Shown in pieces: positions 1-10,411 of a stretch of 32,000 bases of DNA. Source of the DNA: Candidatus Syntropharchaeum caldarium (GTDB lineage Archaea > Halobacteriota > Syntropharchaeia > Syntropharchaeales > Syntropharchaeaceae); contig LYOS01000002.1 of assembly GCA_001766815.1 (NCBI GenBank), forward strand, positions 202,377-234,376, in the 5' to 3' direction. A program made the position numbers and the translations under genes. Below the pieces are notes generated by a model. That model was not told where the DNA came from, searched no databases, and saw nothing but the letters and a program-made list of their open reading frames with translations. Position 1 is the stretch's first letter. Each line of letters opens with the position of its first letter.

Positions 1-1442
1 CCAATGACCGCAGCCTCAACAACAAGTGGATGCTCAACAAGCCTGCTTTCAACCTCAAATGGACCAACCCGCTCACCAGCGGTGTTTATTACATCATCGA
101 CTCTCCCGTGAAAGTGGAAGTATCCATCCTCATCGACATACGCAGCATCCCCTGACGTGAACCATGGATCATGCCTGAAGTATTCACGGTACTTCTCATC
201 ACGTTTCCATATCGATTTCATCATCGATGGCCATCCTTTCTTCAGGGCAAGATTTCCAACCTCATTCACGCCAAGTTCAACCCCTTCATCATCGATGATC
301 GCGGCCTCGACACCAGGAAAAGGTTTTCCCATCGAGCCCGGTTTTATCGGCATAGATGGGTAATTTGAGATCATGATCATCCCTGTCTCTGTCATCCACC
401 ATGTATCATGGATTGGCTGTTTGTATGCCTTCAGTGCCCAGTGGATCACCTCAGGATTTAAAGGCTCGCCCACGCTCAGAATAAGCCGCAGACTTGAGAG
501 GTCAAATTCAGATATAAGCTCCTCACCTTTTCCCATTAGAAGCCTCAGTGCGGTAGGTGCAGTGTACCAGACTGTAACCCCAGCACGCTCAATCGTCCTG
601 TACCAGCGCTTTGCTGTGAACCTGCCCCGTATTATGGTTGTTCCAACACCGTTTAGAAGCGGTGCAAATATCCCGTACGATGTGCCTGTAACCCACCCTG
701 GATCTGCGGTGCACCAGTAGACGTCATCTTTCTTTAGATCGAGAATCCACTTTCCGGTCTGGTAATGCCCGATTATCGCCCTCTGTGCGTGTAAAACCCC
801 TTTTGGTTTTCCTGTTGAGCCAGATGTGTAGTGAATCAGGAGTGGATCATCAAGACCGAGCCATACTGGCTCAAACGTACCTTTTCTGGTCCTGTTTTCA
901 TCAAAACTTATCTCATCCCCTTCTGCACCATCTGCAACGATCAGAGTTTTGAGACTTGGAACTTCATCACGTGGAATTCGATCTTTAAGGCTATTGTGGG
1001 TTACAACCGCAACAGGATCGCAATCTGACATACGATCGAGAAGCCCCGCACGCATGAACGCCTCGAAGAGTGGTACAGGGATTGCAGCTATCTTCAGTAT
1101 CCCGAAGAATGCGACGTAAAGCTCTATTGAGCGGGGCATGAAGATGAAAACCCGATCACCCTGTTTTATACCAAGTTCCAGCAGAAGATTTGCAAACCTG
1201 TTTGATGCAACCGAGAGTTCCCTGAATGTGTATGTCACCTCTTTCTCATCATCGAGAAACCTGAGCGCAATTTTATCTCCCAGTTCCTCCACATGTCGAT
1301 CCACAGCCTCATAGGCAGCGTTTACCTTTCCAGTAACTGAGAACTCAAAGTTTTTTGCCACATCTTCCCACCTGAACGTGCTTCTGGCTTTATCGTAGTC
1401 ACCCATATTTGATTCAGGGTTATGTGCAGCGAGCTTATCCAT
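1..1442 (-). CDS. AMP-forming acetyl/acyl-CoA synthetase (adenylate-forming enzyme); C-terminus lies beyond the window edge
   Basis: The minus-strand frame is open from the window edge to ATG 1442-1440, with GGAGG about 6 nt upstream. The translation contains HYTSGSTGKPKGV and YWCTADPGWVTG, typical of ACS-type adenylate-forming enzymes. It is absent from the ORF track because no stop codon lies within the window. Confidence 0.85.
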   Translation of the reverse strand, partial: MDKLAAHNPESNMGDYDKARSTFRWEDVAKNFEFSVTGKVNAAYEAVDRHVEELGDKIALRFLDDEKEVTYTFRELSVASNRFANLLLELGIKQGDRVFIFMPRSIELYVAFFGILKIAAIPVPLFEAFMRAGLLDRMSDCDPVAVVTHNSLKDRIPRDEVPSLKTLIVADGAEGDEISFDENRTRKGTFEPVWLGLDDPLLIHYTSGSTGKPKGVLHAQRAIIGHYQTGKWILDLKKDDVYWCTADPGWVTGTSYGIFAPLLNGVGTTIIRGRFTAKRWYRTIERAGVTVWYTAPTALRLLMGKGEELISEFDLSSLRLILSVGEPLNPEVIHWALKAYKQPIHDTWWMTETGMIMISNYPSMPIKPGSMGKPFPGVEAAIIDDEGVELGVNEVGNLALKKGWPSMMKSIWKRDEKYREYFRHDPWFTSGDAAYVDEDGYFHFHGRVDDVINTAGERVGPFEVESRLVEHPLVVEAAVI

Positions 1443-1507
1443 AAAATTCCTCCCACGATGGGGTTTGATCTTACACTTATTTAAACCCTCTCAACAATTA
1501 GCGAATA

Positions 1508-2101
1508 ATGAACTTTGACCTTGTAGCATTCGGGATTAGAGATGGGATATGGGAGGTTGTGGCAACAACTCGTTCTGAGAATGGAGTGACAAATGCATCC
1601 CCCATTGGCCTGCGATGCACTCAGGAAAACCTTACAGTTTCGCTCTATTCCCCATCAAGGACGCTTGAGAATGTGCTTGAGACCGGGTACATCGGCGTGA
1701 ATATCCTGCATGATCCGCTCATATTTGTTCATGCTGCGATGGGTGACCTCGACAGCTCGTACTTTGGGATGCTCGATGGTTTTCCTGTAATACGCAGTGC
1801 TCAGGGCTGGATCATATTTGAAACCAGGTTTTTAGAGCATACCGATACATACAGGTTTGAACTCACACCCATCGCCATGCATAAGAATCTTGATATGATT
1901 CACCCCGTTAACAGAGGATTTAACGCACTGATAGAGGCATTGATTATCGCAACACGCTACCGAATTACCCCAGAATCAAAAAGGGAAGCTTTACAGAAAG
2001 ATATTGATTTTTATGCGGCAATAGTTCAAAAATGTGGTGGTGAGAAGGAACGTGAAGCGATGGAACTACTGAATGCGTATCTGATGGAGATTGAAGGGTA
2101 A
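1508..2101 (+). CDS. DUF447-family protein (flavin-reductase-like split barrel; family associated with tetrahydromethanopterin-dependent organisms)
   Basis: A 197-aa ORF divergent from the acyl-CoA synthetase gene. Size and sequence fit my recollection of DUF447. No diagnostic motif was verified. Confidence 0.45.
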   Translation: MNFDLVAFGIRDGIWEVVATTRSENGVTNASPIGLRCTQENLTVSLYSPSRTLENVLETGYIGVNILHDPLIFVHAAMGDLDSSYFGMLDGFPVIRSAQGWIIFETRFLEHTDTYRFELTPIAMHKNLDMIHPVNRGFNALIEALIIATRYRITPESKREALQKDIDFYAAIVQKCGGEKEREAMELLNAYLMEIEG

Positions 2102-2114
2102 AGAATGCAGAGAC

Positions 2115-3014
2115 TCAGAGTGCCTCGGCTTCGTACAGCAGCTGTTCGACCTCGTCGTAAGCCACCCTATCGACCCGCTCCAGATCCTCCACAAGGATAT
2201 ATCGTCCAACCTCTCGCCCGCTGGCAACGTAGTATCTCCCGATCAGCACATCCTCGACCCGCTTGAGTACATCGATGCCCTCTCTAAGTATCTGATCAAG
2301 ATCTGCTCCTGCAAGTTTCTCGGTCATCTCACGGCGAATCAAAACATCCTGCACTGAATTTCCATCGTCCATTACGGATTTTATCCTGAGATCGGGATTT
2401 GTCTCAACAAATCCGTGTTCCTGACATTCGCCATCAATAACACTGCGATTGCATTTAGCGCAACGATAAATTAGCCCACTTCCTTCGTGTATCTTGACAA
2501 ATATACCTTTGTAGCTGACCTTCTCTGACATCACCTCGATATCTTCCTCAAGCTCGGTGATCTGTGTATTACGGTTCAGTTTTATATTGTATCTGCCCTG
2601 CCAGACATCGGTTATCGCATTCTCAATCATATAGACTTTATCTATCTCAAGATCGGGCAGGTTAGCACTCTTCCATTTGGTAAATTTTATAACAGCACTC
2701 TCATCCCCGATCAAACCTATCTGTGATATTGCCTCGTGGCGACTCTCCCATAGTGTCAGCACCTTTCCTTTGATCGTTACGCAGCTTCCTTCTGTATTTA
2801 TCTCCTTTATTTTCAGTTTCCGGGGTTTTTCACTCCCAGTATCAGTATTCGCATCTCTTAAAAAGTAGTTTGTAACGCTTCGCTTTGCTTCATCGTCTGG
2901 AACGCCATATTCTTCGATCAATAACCTCAATCGACTCTCGATCTCGAACGTCTCTGCTCCAACTCCCCTCTCCTCAAGCTTATGTTTTATCTCATCAACC
3001 ATCTCTTCGATCAT
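2115..3014 (-). CDS. Replication protein A (archaeal single-stranded DNA-binding protein, OB fold plus zinc knuckle)
   Basis: A 299-aa ORF with an OB-fold-like central region and a C-x2-C-x8-C-x2-H zinc motif (CAKCNRSVIDGECQEH), as in euryarchaeal RPA/RFA proteins. Confidence 0.7.
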   Translation of the reverse strand: MIEEMVDEIKHKLEERGVGAETFEIESRLRLLIEEYGVPDDEAKRSVTNYFLRDANTDTGSEKPRKLKIKEINTEGSCVTIKGKVLTLWESRHEAISQIGLIGDESAVIKFTKWKSANLPDLEIDKVYMIENAITDVWQGRYNIKLNRNTQITELEEDIEVMSEKVSYKGIFVKIHEGSGLIYRCAKCNRSVIDGECQEHGFVETNPDLRIKSVMDDGNSVQDVLIRREMTEKLAGADLDQILREGIDVLKRVEDVLIGRYYVASGREVGRYILVEDLERVDRVAYDEVEQLLYEAEAL

Positions 3015-3028
3015 AGATTTCTCCTCGC

Positions 3029-4723
3029 TTACATCTCTTCAAGTGGTTCAATCCCAAGTGTTTCAAGTGTTTCGGATAATATGACTTTTGTTGCTTCAAT
3101 CAGTGCAAGTCTCGCACCTTTGAGTCTGGATTCACTGTTCAGGACAGGACAATCCCTGTAGAATATATTGAAGCTTTCAACAAGGTTTTTTGCGTACGTT
3201 GCAACCATATTCGGCTTGAGTGAGATTGCAGCCTCCTCGATGGTGTATGCAAACTTTGATAGCATCCTGATAAGCGCCACTTCCTGCTCGTGCTTCAGCA
3301 GTTCTATCGACTCCAATTCAAGATCGTATCCGAGTTCAGAAGCCCGTTTCAGGATGCTGCAGCAGCGGGCATGTGCATACTGGAGATATGGTGCACCCTG
3401 CTTCTCAAAGTCAAGTGCCTGTTCCCAGTCAAAGACGGTGGGCTTCTCGGCTGCCACCCTGACAATATCAAACCTTATAGCACCCCTTGCAACAGCCCGT
3501 GCAATCTCAGCGCGTTTCTCATCTGGAAGATCCTCCCGCCGTTGATTAACCTCGATGCGCGCCCTGGCCTCAACCTCATCGATCAATTCATCCGCACTGA
3601 TGAACTTCCCCTCCCTTGTGCTCATCGAGCCTTCGGGGAGTGATACAAACTCAAAGATAACGATCTCAGGCTTTGTAATCCCAAGTTTTTCAAGTATATA
3701 TGATAGCTGGCTTGATATGAGCTTATGATCTGCGCCAAAGACATCGATCACCCGATCTCCACGTTCTGCTTTGAAACGGTGATACGCAAGATCGCGCGTG
3801 GCGTATATCGATGTTCCATCGGCACGAGAGATGACAAACTCCTTATCAAATCCCGCATCCCGCAGATCAATCATCAGCGCCCCTTCTTTCTCAAAAACCT
3901 TGATCGAAGGACACGCAACAATCTCAGATATGATCTGTGCAACATCACCGGATCTTACAAAATCGCTTTCCCATACAAAGAGATCGTGAACAACGCCAAG
4001 GCGTGCGAGTGTTTCGCGTGCACCATCAAGCGACAAGGTCACAGCCTGCCTGAATCTTGATACAACATCCTCATCACCCGATTCGTTTCGTTTTATAAGC
4101 TCATCAACCTTTGATTTAAGTTCTGGCTCACGTTCGAGCAGTCTGTTGGCATTAATATAAACATCTGCTATCGCATGGTCGATCTTCTTAGATCTATCAA
4201 GCTCAAAGTGATCTAGTCCAAAGACGACCATCGCAGCCTGCCTGCCCATATCGTTCACATAGTACTCAACCTCTACCTCCCAGCCTGCACGACGGAGAAT
4301 TCTCGCAAGTGTATCCCCGATCACCGTATTCCTGATGTGCCCGATATGAAGCGGACCATCTGGATTTGCAGATGTGTGTTCAAGGATTACAAGTCCTGTT
4401 TTTTTATTGAATCCCAGATCACCCTCGATAATGGAGCGAACTGTTGCTGCAAAAAAGTAACTGGATGCATAGAAGTTTATGTAAGGACCTGAAGCCCTGA
4501 CCTCTGATATAAAAAGTTCACTTTCATAGTCCATATTTTGAACGATATTTTCAGCTGCTTTATCTGGTGAAATTTTGTAAGCAGATGCAATCCTGTAGCA
4601 GATAGTTGATGCAAGATCTGCAAAAGGAGAGGGTTCAAGCTCGAGTTTATCAACAGCGTAACCTGCATCCTTAATTGCATTTTTTAGCACTGCTTTTACT
4701 ATATCTCTAAATTGCAGAAACAT
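3029..4723 (-). CDS. argS: Arginine--tRNA ligase
   Basis: 564 aa with a class I HIGH motif (PDGPLHIGHIRN). Length and overall sequence are typical of ArgRS, including the C-terminal anticodon-binding (DALR-type) region. Confidence 0.95.
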   Translation of the reverse strand: MFLQFRDIVKAVLKNAIKDAGYAVDKLELEPSPFADLASTICYRIASAYKISPDKAAENIVQNMDYESELFISEVRASGPYINFYASSYFFAATVRSIIEGDLGFNKKTGLVILEHTSANPDGPLHIGHIRNTVIGDTLARILRRAGWEVEVEYYVNDMGRQAAMVVFGLDHFELDRSKKIDHAIADVYINANRLLEREPELKSKVDELIKRNESGDEDVVSRFRQAVTLSLDGARETLARLGVVHDLFVWESDFVRSGDVAQIISEIVACPSIKVFEKEGALMIDLRDAGFDKEFVISRADGTSIYATRDLAYHRFKAERGDRVIDVFGADHKLISSQLSYILEKLGITKPEIVIFEFVSLPEGSMSTREGKFISADELIDEVEARARIEVNQRREDLPDEKRAEIARAVARGAIRFDIVRVAAEKPTVFDWEQALDFEKQGAPYLQYAHARCCSILKRASELGYDLELESIELLKHEQEVALIRMLSKFAYTIEEAAISLKPNMVATYAKNLVESFNIFYRDCPVLNSESRLKGARLALIEATKVILSETLETLGIEPLEEM

Positions 4724-5276
4724 CCTTATTCTCCAGAAGCCACCTTATTAACCCGTCAAATGCAGCTCTTCGGTGGGATATGCTATTCTTCATCTCGGTC
4801 GTTATCTCGGCGAATGTCCTTCCGTTATACATGAAGATAGGATCGAATCCGAATCCTCCTTTCCCCTTTGCTTTTTCTGCGATCGTTCCCTCAACACTTC
4901 CTGTAAATAACACAGGCTGCATGGATGGTTCACAGAATGCGATTACAGATTTGAATGTGGCTTTTCTATCTCTGACACGTGACATGAGTTTTAATATCCC
5001 CCTATTTCCAATTTTTTTATAGACATAAGCAGAATATGGACCTGGAAAACCGCCGAAGCGCTCTATAAATAAACCTGAGTCCTCGACGATTAGCGGACGA
5101 GCGAAGAGACGAGATACATGAAATGCGCCCTTTCTTGCAACCTCTTCGAGCGTGTCTGCCTGAATTTCGGGGTAATCGTACCCAACCTGCTCTATCACAA
5201 TATCATAATTTGCTGCAAGTGCTTCAAGTTCACGCACCTTTCCCTCGTTCTTTGTTACAAATAAAAGCTTTATCAC
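4707..5276 (-). CDS. rdgB: Non-canonical purine NTP pyrophosphatase (XTP/dITP diphosphatase, HAM1/RdgB family)
   Basis: Motifs FVTKNEGKV, EDSGL, PGPYSA, GFGFDP and SHR match the HAM1 family. The track ORF extends to 5351 and overlaps aRF1. GTG at 5276-5274, 1 nt after the aRF1 stop (5280-5278), gives the canonical N-terminus (V)IKLLFVT, so that start is preferred. Confidence 0.85.
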   Translation of the reverse strand: MIKLLFVTKNEGKVRELEALAANYDIVIEQVGYDYPEIQADTLEEVARKGAFHVSRLFARPLIVEDSGLFIERFGGFPGPYSAYVYKKIGNRGILKLMSRVRDRKATFKSVIAFCEPSMQPVLFTGSVEGTIAEKAKGKGGFGFDPIFMYNGRTFAEITTEMKNSISHRRAAFDGLIRWLLENKDVSAI

Positions 5277-5277
5277 A

Positions 5278-6528
5278 CTAAAACCCACTTTTATATCGTA
5301 GTATCGCAGCAATTCCGCCAAACGCTCGTCGAAGCTGTCCCCCTTCTTCAAAATCCGATGAGATGATCACAACCTCCGTGCCACGCTCTTCTGCAATTCT
5401 GGATAGCTCAACAACAATATCTATCATATCTGTGAGCTTCAGATTGCTGTTGCATGCCGGACACTTGAGTTCACTCCCAATCTTATTTGTATCCATACCT
5501 GGAAGCAAGTTATAACTCTTCACAAGTGTATATCCGCAATTATCACAGACAAATGATGCTCTGATCTTATTCAACTCCTCTGAGATTATCAGTGTCTCGC
5601 ATGCACCAATCTCAAGGGCTTTTCTGACCTCATCTTCCCCATACGCCACCATTTTTTCATCGTTGACAAGGAGTTTCATGAACCGATCCATCACCTTCTT
5701 CTCCTTCATCAGCTCAAGATCTTCGAGCACACCACTTGCTGCATCAACAAGTTCGTAGAGACCTGACTCATCTGTATAAGAGACATCAAAGATATCCACT
5801 ATTTTCTGGCGCAATTCATGATGCAAAAATTCACCCTTGACAAACTCCTCCTTTGTTGGGCTTGGTCCGCCGATCAGGATACCAAGAAGCTCTTCCCTTG
5901 GCACCGCAAGAAAAACCTCGTTTGCATGTTCTCCGACCCGTGTGTAGAATTCATGCACAGCTATTTCTCGCAAACGACTGAAACGCTGTGCAGACTGTCC
6001 ACCCCGTCTTGTCTTCCCGGGAACGGTTGAAGATGTGTGTTTGAGTGCGTGTATCGTCTTTCCTTTGAGCAGCCCGATTGTTGCCTCGCGCTTATCGAGC
6101 ACCAGAAGTCCATAGGTCTTTTTGTCATGGAGAATCTCTTCCAGTGGTTCTAAAAGAAAAGTGGAGTCACAGTGATAGCGGTAGGATCTTATTGGCTCAG
6201 GAGGTACGACCATTACCGTATCCAGATTGGTCTTATCTCCCCCGACATCGATCGCACCACAGAATATTGCGATACCTGTCTCTGGCGGTTTCTTTATGTA
6301 CTTCAGGCGCGACAGAATCGAGTCGAGCGCACTCTGGACATTTGTGCGGGTTGATTTGCTTTTAATATTTGATGCCTGCCCATGCTCATCTCTCAACTGC
6401 GAGGTAACATCAGATATTTGCTTATCGGGTGGGATATAAACAGTTACAAGCTCTGTACCCCTCCCTGATTTTTCCCTCAGTTCTTCGAGTTTTTTCTTAA
6501 ACTCATACCGATCAAATTCTTCAGTCAT
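5278..6528 (-). CDS. prf1: Peptide chain release factor aRF1
   Basis: 416 aa with the NIKS motif (ASNIKSKS) and GGQ motif (RRGGQSAQRF). Confidence 0.95.
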   Translation of the reverse strand: MTEEFDRYEFKKKLEELREKSGRGTELVTVYIPPDKQISDVTSQLRDEHGQASNIKSKSTRTNVQSALDSILSRLKYIKKPPETGIAIFCGAIDVGGDKTNLDTVMVVPPEPIRSYRYHCDSTFLLEPLEEILHDKKTYGLLVLDKREATIGLLKGKTIHALKHTSSTVPGKTRRGGQSAQRFSRLREIAVHEFYTRVGEHANEVFLAVPREELLGILIGGPSPTKEEFVKGEFLHHELRQKIVDIFDVSYTDESGLYELVDAASGVLEDLELMKEKKVMDRFMKLLVNDEKMVAYGEDEVRKALEIGACETLIISEELNKIRASFVCDNCGYTLVKSYNLLPGMDTNKIGSELKCPACNSNLKLTDMIDIVVELSRIAEERGTEVVIISSDFEEGGQLRRAFGGIAAILRYKSGF

Positions 6529-6552
6529 TATTTACCATCGACGTCGCGTTTA

Positions 6553-6882
6553 TTATATTCTTCGGATTTTTATATCTCGTTTTTTTGGTGTAAGTTGCGC
6601 AAGAACAGCTTTGAGTTGTTCATCAGTCACAGGAGACTTTATACGCCCTGATTGCGCCAGAGTAATCAGCTGAAGTTCAACCTGTTCAACAAACTCTGGT
6701 TTAGCCATCTTTAAACTATTCAGACGTTTTCGTGCTTCAGGGGTTAAGATTTGCCGCAATATCGCCTGTTTTTGTGCTTCAATCTCCTGTCTTGCCTCTT
6801 CTTCACGCATCCCTGCTGCCTGCTGCTGCGCAAGCTCCTGCATCCTTTTCTGTCTTAAAAGTTCTAACTCATCGTCAACCAT
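6553..6882 (-). CDS. PDCD5/TFAR19-like DNA-binding protein
   Basis: 109 aa with a charged Q/E-rich N-terminus followed by [14 protein letters not shown], typical of the archaeal PDCD5 homologue family. It sits next to rps19e. Confidence 0.8.
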   Translation of the reverse strand: MVDDELELLRQKRMQELAQQQAAGMREEEARQEIEAQKQAILRQILTPEARKRLNSLKMAKPEFVEQVELQLITLAQSGRIKSPVTDEQLKAVLAQLTPKKRDIKIRRI

Positions 6883-6900
6883 TATAATCCCTCTCAGGAC

Positions 6901-7326
6901 TCAAAATTCAATTTCTTTTTTAAGCTCAAACGCAGTATTATCAAGCAATGATTTGCCTTTTGGTGTAATTTGCCTGCCCTTACTCGCCTTTGTGACGTAT
7001 CCTGCTCTTTCAAGCTGTTGAAGTGCTTTTCTGATAACAGAACCACTTCCTTTCTTCAGATGTTCTGTCTTGACGCCACGTCGGTGTCGCCCCCCATAAA
7101 ATGTGGCAAGGCGTTCTACCCCAACAGGTCCATCGATATAAATTCGTCTCAATATCGATGAACACCTTATAAACCACCAGTCCTCGTCCACAGGTGGTAT
7201 CTCGCGGCTTACACCTGTTTTTACGTAATTTGCCCATGAAGGAATGGCTATAGCTTTGTTCTGTTTCAGCTTCTCTGCAAGCGTTTTGATTAGCGCATCG
7301 GGTGGTACATCATATACGGTCGTCAT
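6901..7326 (-). CDS. rps19e: 30S ribosomal protein S19e (eS19)
   Basis: 141 aa. VYDVPPDALI, WANYVKTG, DWWFIRCSSILRRIY and GGRHRRG are characteristic of eS19. GGAGGT lies 5-10 nt upstream of the ATG. Confidence 0.9.
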   Translation of the reverse strand: MTTVYDVPPDALIKTLAEKLKQNKAIAIPSWANYVKTGVSREIPPVDEDWWFIRCSSILRRIYIDGPVGVERLATFYGGRHRRGVKTEHLKKGSGSVIRKALQQLERAGYVTKASKGRQITPKGKSLLDNTAFELKKEIEF

Positions 7327-7363
7327 CTTTTACCTCCAATCACTCCCTTTACCTCCTGATTCA

Positions 7364-7413
7364 ATATATAATTAACGATCCAGAAGAGCTGTAAATGATT
7401 ACTTTTATATATC
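7364..7413. promoter_or_regulatory. Divergent promoter region with two TATA-like boxes (rps19e leftward, tgtA rightward)
   Basis: ATATATAATTA at 7364-7374 and TTTTATATAT at 7404-7413 lie in the 126-nt divergent intergenic region. Each is about 40 nt from its ATG and each gene has a Shine-Dalgarno-like element. Confidence 0.4.
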
Positions 7414-7452
7414 GTTGAGGGATCTAATTTGTTCAAGTTTAAGAGGTAGGAT

Positions 7453-8901
7453 ATGGCTGCTATTTTTGAACTCAGCGACAAAGATGTGATGGGAAGAATA
7501 GGTAAGCTCAGAACTGCTCATGGTGTGATCGAGACACCGACGGTCATGCCCGTTATTCGACCAGGTGTCGATGCATCGAGGATGAAAAAATTTGGTACAG
7601 AGATCATCATCACAAATGCATATATCACCTATCGTTCAGAGGAGCTGAAGGCGCAGGCGATCGCCGACGGCATCCACGCGCTTACAAACTGGGACGGCCC
7701 GATCATGACCGATTCTGGTTCATACCAGCTATATGAATACAGTGATATCGAGCTTGAGAATAGCGAGATCGTTACCTTTCAGCAGGAGATCGGGAGTGAC
7801 ATAGGTGTTCCACTCGATATACCATCTGCGATCGATACTGGATATGAGGAGGTTAAAAGGGAACTTGAGATAACGCTTGAGCGGCTCAGAGAGGCTCGTT
7901 TGATTGTGGATGATGAAGAAGAGGGTATGATACTTGCAGGGACAATTCAGGGCTCAATCTATCCTGATCTAAGGGAATACAGTGCCAGAAAAGCATCAGA
8001 GATTGGCTTTGAGATCTATCCGATAGGTGGTGTTGTACCACTCATGGAACGATACCGCTACAGTGATCTTGTGCGGGTCATCCTTCACTCAAAGATGAAC
8101 CTTGAGCCATCTGCCCCGATCCACCTCTTTGGAGCAGGACATCCAATGGTTTTTGCCCTCGCAGTTGCACTGGGGTGTGATCTCTTCGATTCTGCGGCCT
8201 ACGCGCTCTATGCACAGGGAGGAAGGTATCTCTCACCCATGGGTACATACTTCATTGAGGAGATGGCGTACCTCCCCTGTTCATGTCCTGTCTGTTCAAC
8301 AAGTTCTGCCAGTGAGCTCCAGAAAGATGTTGATCTTCTTGCAGACCATAATCTTTACATAAGTTTTGAGGAGATCAGACGAATAAAGGAAGCGATACGC
8401 GAGAAACGACTCTGGGAACTTGTTCAGATGCGTGTACAGGCACATCCAAGACTCCTTGATGGTTTAAAAACTGCTGTTGGCTTTGCAGAATTTATAGAAC
8501 AATTTGATCCTGTTTCAAAGACCTCTTTCTTTTATACATCCCCTGAATCAGCAGGAAGAAGTGAAGTTGTGAGATATATCAATCGCCTCGATCGGTTTGA
8601 ACTTGATGGAACGGTTCTGATAACAACAGAGAAGAGGTCTGATCTTGACTACGATCATCTCTTTATCCTGAAGGCGCCATTTGGCCCATGTCCTATTGAG
8701 CTATCTGAGACATATCCAGTGGGGCATGCCGAGACCCCTGAGAATCCTGACGCTGAGGCGATGGTCAGGGCAGCATCTGGCACACGGCGTCTGATTGAGT
8801 TGAACCCACAGGCACACTTCGTTCTGGTGTGTGAACGTCGGTGGGAGGGCTACCTCGCGGATCTTGCAGCAGATGGGGTTGAGATTCACTGGAGGGAATG
8901 A
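7453..8901 (+). CDS. tgtA: tRNA-guanine(15) transglycosylase (archaeosine TGT)
   Basis: 482 aa with a TGT TIM-barrel signature (TDSGSYQ), the zinc motif CSCPVC and the N-terminal RIGKLRTAHGVIETPTVMPV. It is shorter than the 580-aa PUA-containing forms, so it probably lacks a PUA domain. Confidence 0.9.
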   Translation: MAAIFELSDKDVMGRIGKLRTAHGVIETPTVMPVIRPGVDASRMKKFGTEIIITNAYITYRSEELKAQAIADGIHALTNWDGPIMTDSGSYQLYEYSDIELENSEIVTFQQEIGSDIGVPLDIPSAIDTGYEEVKRELEITLERLREARLIVDDEEEGMILAGTIQGSIYPDLREYSARKASEIGFEIYPIGGVVPLMERYRYSDLVRVILHSKMNLEPSAPIHLFGAGHPMVFALAVALGCDLFDSAAYALYAQGGRYLSPMGTYFIEEMAYLPCSCPVCSTSSASELQKDVDLLADHNLYISFEEIRRIKEAIREKRLWELVQMRVQAHPRLLDGLKTAVGFAEFIEQFDPVSKTSFFYTSPESAGRSEVVRYINRLDRFELDGTVLITTEKRSDLDYDHLFILKAPFGPCPIELSETYPVGHAETPENPDAEAMVRAASGTRRLIELNPQAHFVLVCERRWEGYLADLAADGVEIHWRE

Positions 8902-9540
8902 GTGCCCAAAATCTATGACATCTCGATCTCGCTTGAAGAAGGGATGCTTGCATACCCAGGCGATCCGCCATTCAGGGCAACGTCTGTTATGAAACACGAA
9001 TGGGGGGATCCTGCAGAGCTTACAAGCTACACATTGGGATCGCATACAGGAACTCACCTTGATCTACCCTCACACATAATTGAATGTGGAAAAGAACTCA
9101 AAGACATCCCTCTCGATTTACTGCTTGGAGATGCGTTTGTTATCGATCTATCGGATGGCAGAGGTTTGATAAATGCCGATGAGATCAGACCACACCTCTT
9201 ACCTGGAGCAAAACGCATCCTTATCAGGAGTTCAAACTCATCCAGTGAATATATTGGGAGCAGGGAATTTAAGGATGACTATAGATCGCTCAGTATGGAT
9301 GGTGCAGAGCTGCTTGTCGAGGCGGGTATATCCCTTGTTGGAATCGACTATCTCTCGATAGAGCAGTTTGAGAGCAGAGAACTTGAAGTTCACCGTTATC
9401 TACTCGGGCATGACCTCCTCATCCTCGAAGGCATTGATCTTCGTGGGGTCCCACCGGGTAAATATGAGATGATCTGTCTCCCACTGAAAATCCAGAACGC
9501 GAGTGGTGCCCCAGCAAGGGTGATACTCAGGCAAAAGTAA
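8902..9540 (+). CDS. Cyclase-family protein (kynurenine formamidase-like metal hydrolase)
   Basis: 212 aa with a GTG start immediately after the tgtA stop. It carries the HxGTHxDxPxH motif (GSHTGTHLDLPSH). Confidence 0.8.
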   Translation: MPKIYDISISLEEGMLAYPGDPPFRATSVMKHEWGDPAELTSYTLGSHTGTHLDLPSHIIECGKELKDIPLDLLLGDAFVIDLSDGRGLINADEIRPHLLPGAKRILIRSSNSSSEYIGSREFKDDYRSLSMDGAELLVEAGISLVGIDYLSIEQFESRELEVHRYLLGHDLLILEGIDLRGVPPGKYEMICLPLKIQNASGAPARVILRQK

Positions 9541-9573
9541 CGCTTAAAATACCCCAAAACAGATACATAACCA

Positions 9574-10395
9574 ATGAAGGACTTCAATAAGTTTCTTGGA
9601 ACAGCAAAATACATTGCATCAGAACCCTTACAAAATGCGGTAAATGTGGCGATCGCGCTTGGAAGACCACTGCTTGTAAAGGGAGAACCTGGCACAGGTA
9701 AGACCTTGCTCGCACACAACATCGCTCGTGGACTGGGTAAGAAACTCATCGTCTGGAATATAAAATCTACAACAAAAGCAAAGGATGGACTGTACATCTA
9801 TGACACAGTTCAACGACTGAATGATAGCAGGTTTGGAGATAGAGATGTATCCGATATCAGGCAGTACATCAAATATGGAAAACTCGGTGAGGCATTTGCA
9901 TCAGATGAACAGGTTGTTCTCCTGATTGATGAGATCGACAAGGCGGATCTTGAGTTTCCCAATGATCTTCTCAATGAGCTTGATGAGATGTCCTTCCACA
10001 TCCCGGAGACCGGGGAGACGATTCGCGCAAAACACCGCCCGATCGTTATTATAACCAGCAACTCCGAGAAAGAACTTCCAGATGCGTTCCTGCGTCGTTG
10101 CATCTTCCACTACATCGAATTTCCTGACCGGCAGATGATGGAAGAGATCGTCAAAGTTCACTACCCAGATATCGATAAGCGACTCCTCCATGAGGCGCTG
10201 AAGAAGTTCTATCACCTCAGGAAGATCGAATCACTCAAGAAAAAACCGTCAACGAGCGAACTTCTCGACTGGCTGCAGGCACTCATTGCAGGAGGGATAT
10301 CGTACAGAAAACTCAGGTCAGAACTGGTCTTTGCCGGTGCACTGCTGAAGAATGAGGCGGATTTCATGCATTTACCGCGCAATGAAGCAGTTTAA
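9574..10395 (+). CDS. AAA+ ATPase, MoxR/CbbQ/CoxD-like
   Basis: 273 aa with Walker A GEPGTGKT and Walker B LLIDEIDKA. The size fits the CbbQ/NorQ/CoxD subgroup, and a VWA partner follows. Confidence 0.85.
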   Translation: MKDFNKFLGTAKYIASEPLQNAVNVAIALGRPLLVKGEPGTGKTLLAHNIARGLGKKLIVWNIKSTTKAKDGLYIYDTVQRLNDSRFGDRDVSDIRQYIKYGKLGEAFASDEQVVLLIDEIDKADLEFPNDLLNELDEMSFHIPETGETIRAKHRPIVIITSNSEKELPDAFLRRCIFHYIEFPDRQMMEEIVKVHYPDIDKRLLHEALKKFYHLRKIESLKKKPSTSELLDWLQALIAGGISYRKLRSELVFAGALLKNEADFMHLPRNEAV

Positions 10396-10411
10396 GGTTT
10401 AAACTACTTTT

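Noticed and set aside
157-1028. Several plus-strand ORFs of 65-115 aa in the track (157-363, 171-368, 373-720, 831-1028).
   Set aside because: They lie antisense within a long, coherent minus-strand acyl-CoA synthetase frame with strong family motifs. Their translations are low-complexity with no recognisable features.
4707-5351. The long form of the ITPase ORF, which starts at ATG 5351 and overlaps the aRF1 3' end by 74 nt.
   Set aside because: The extension (MKKGDSFDERLAELLRYYDIKVGFS) is the antisense or overlap frame of the aRF1 C-terminus. The canonical HAM1 N-terminus begins at GTG 5276, just after the aRF1 stop.
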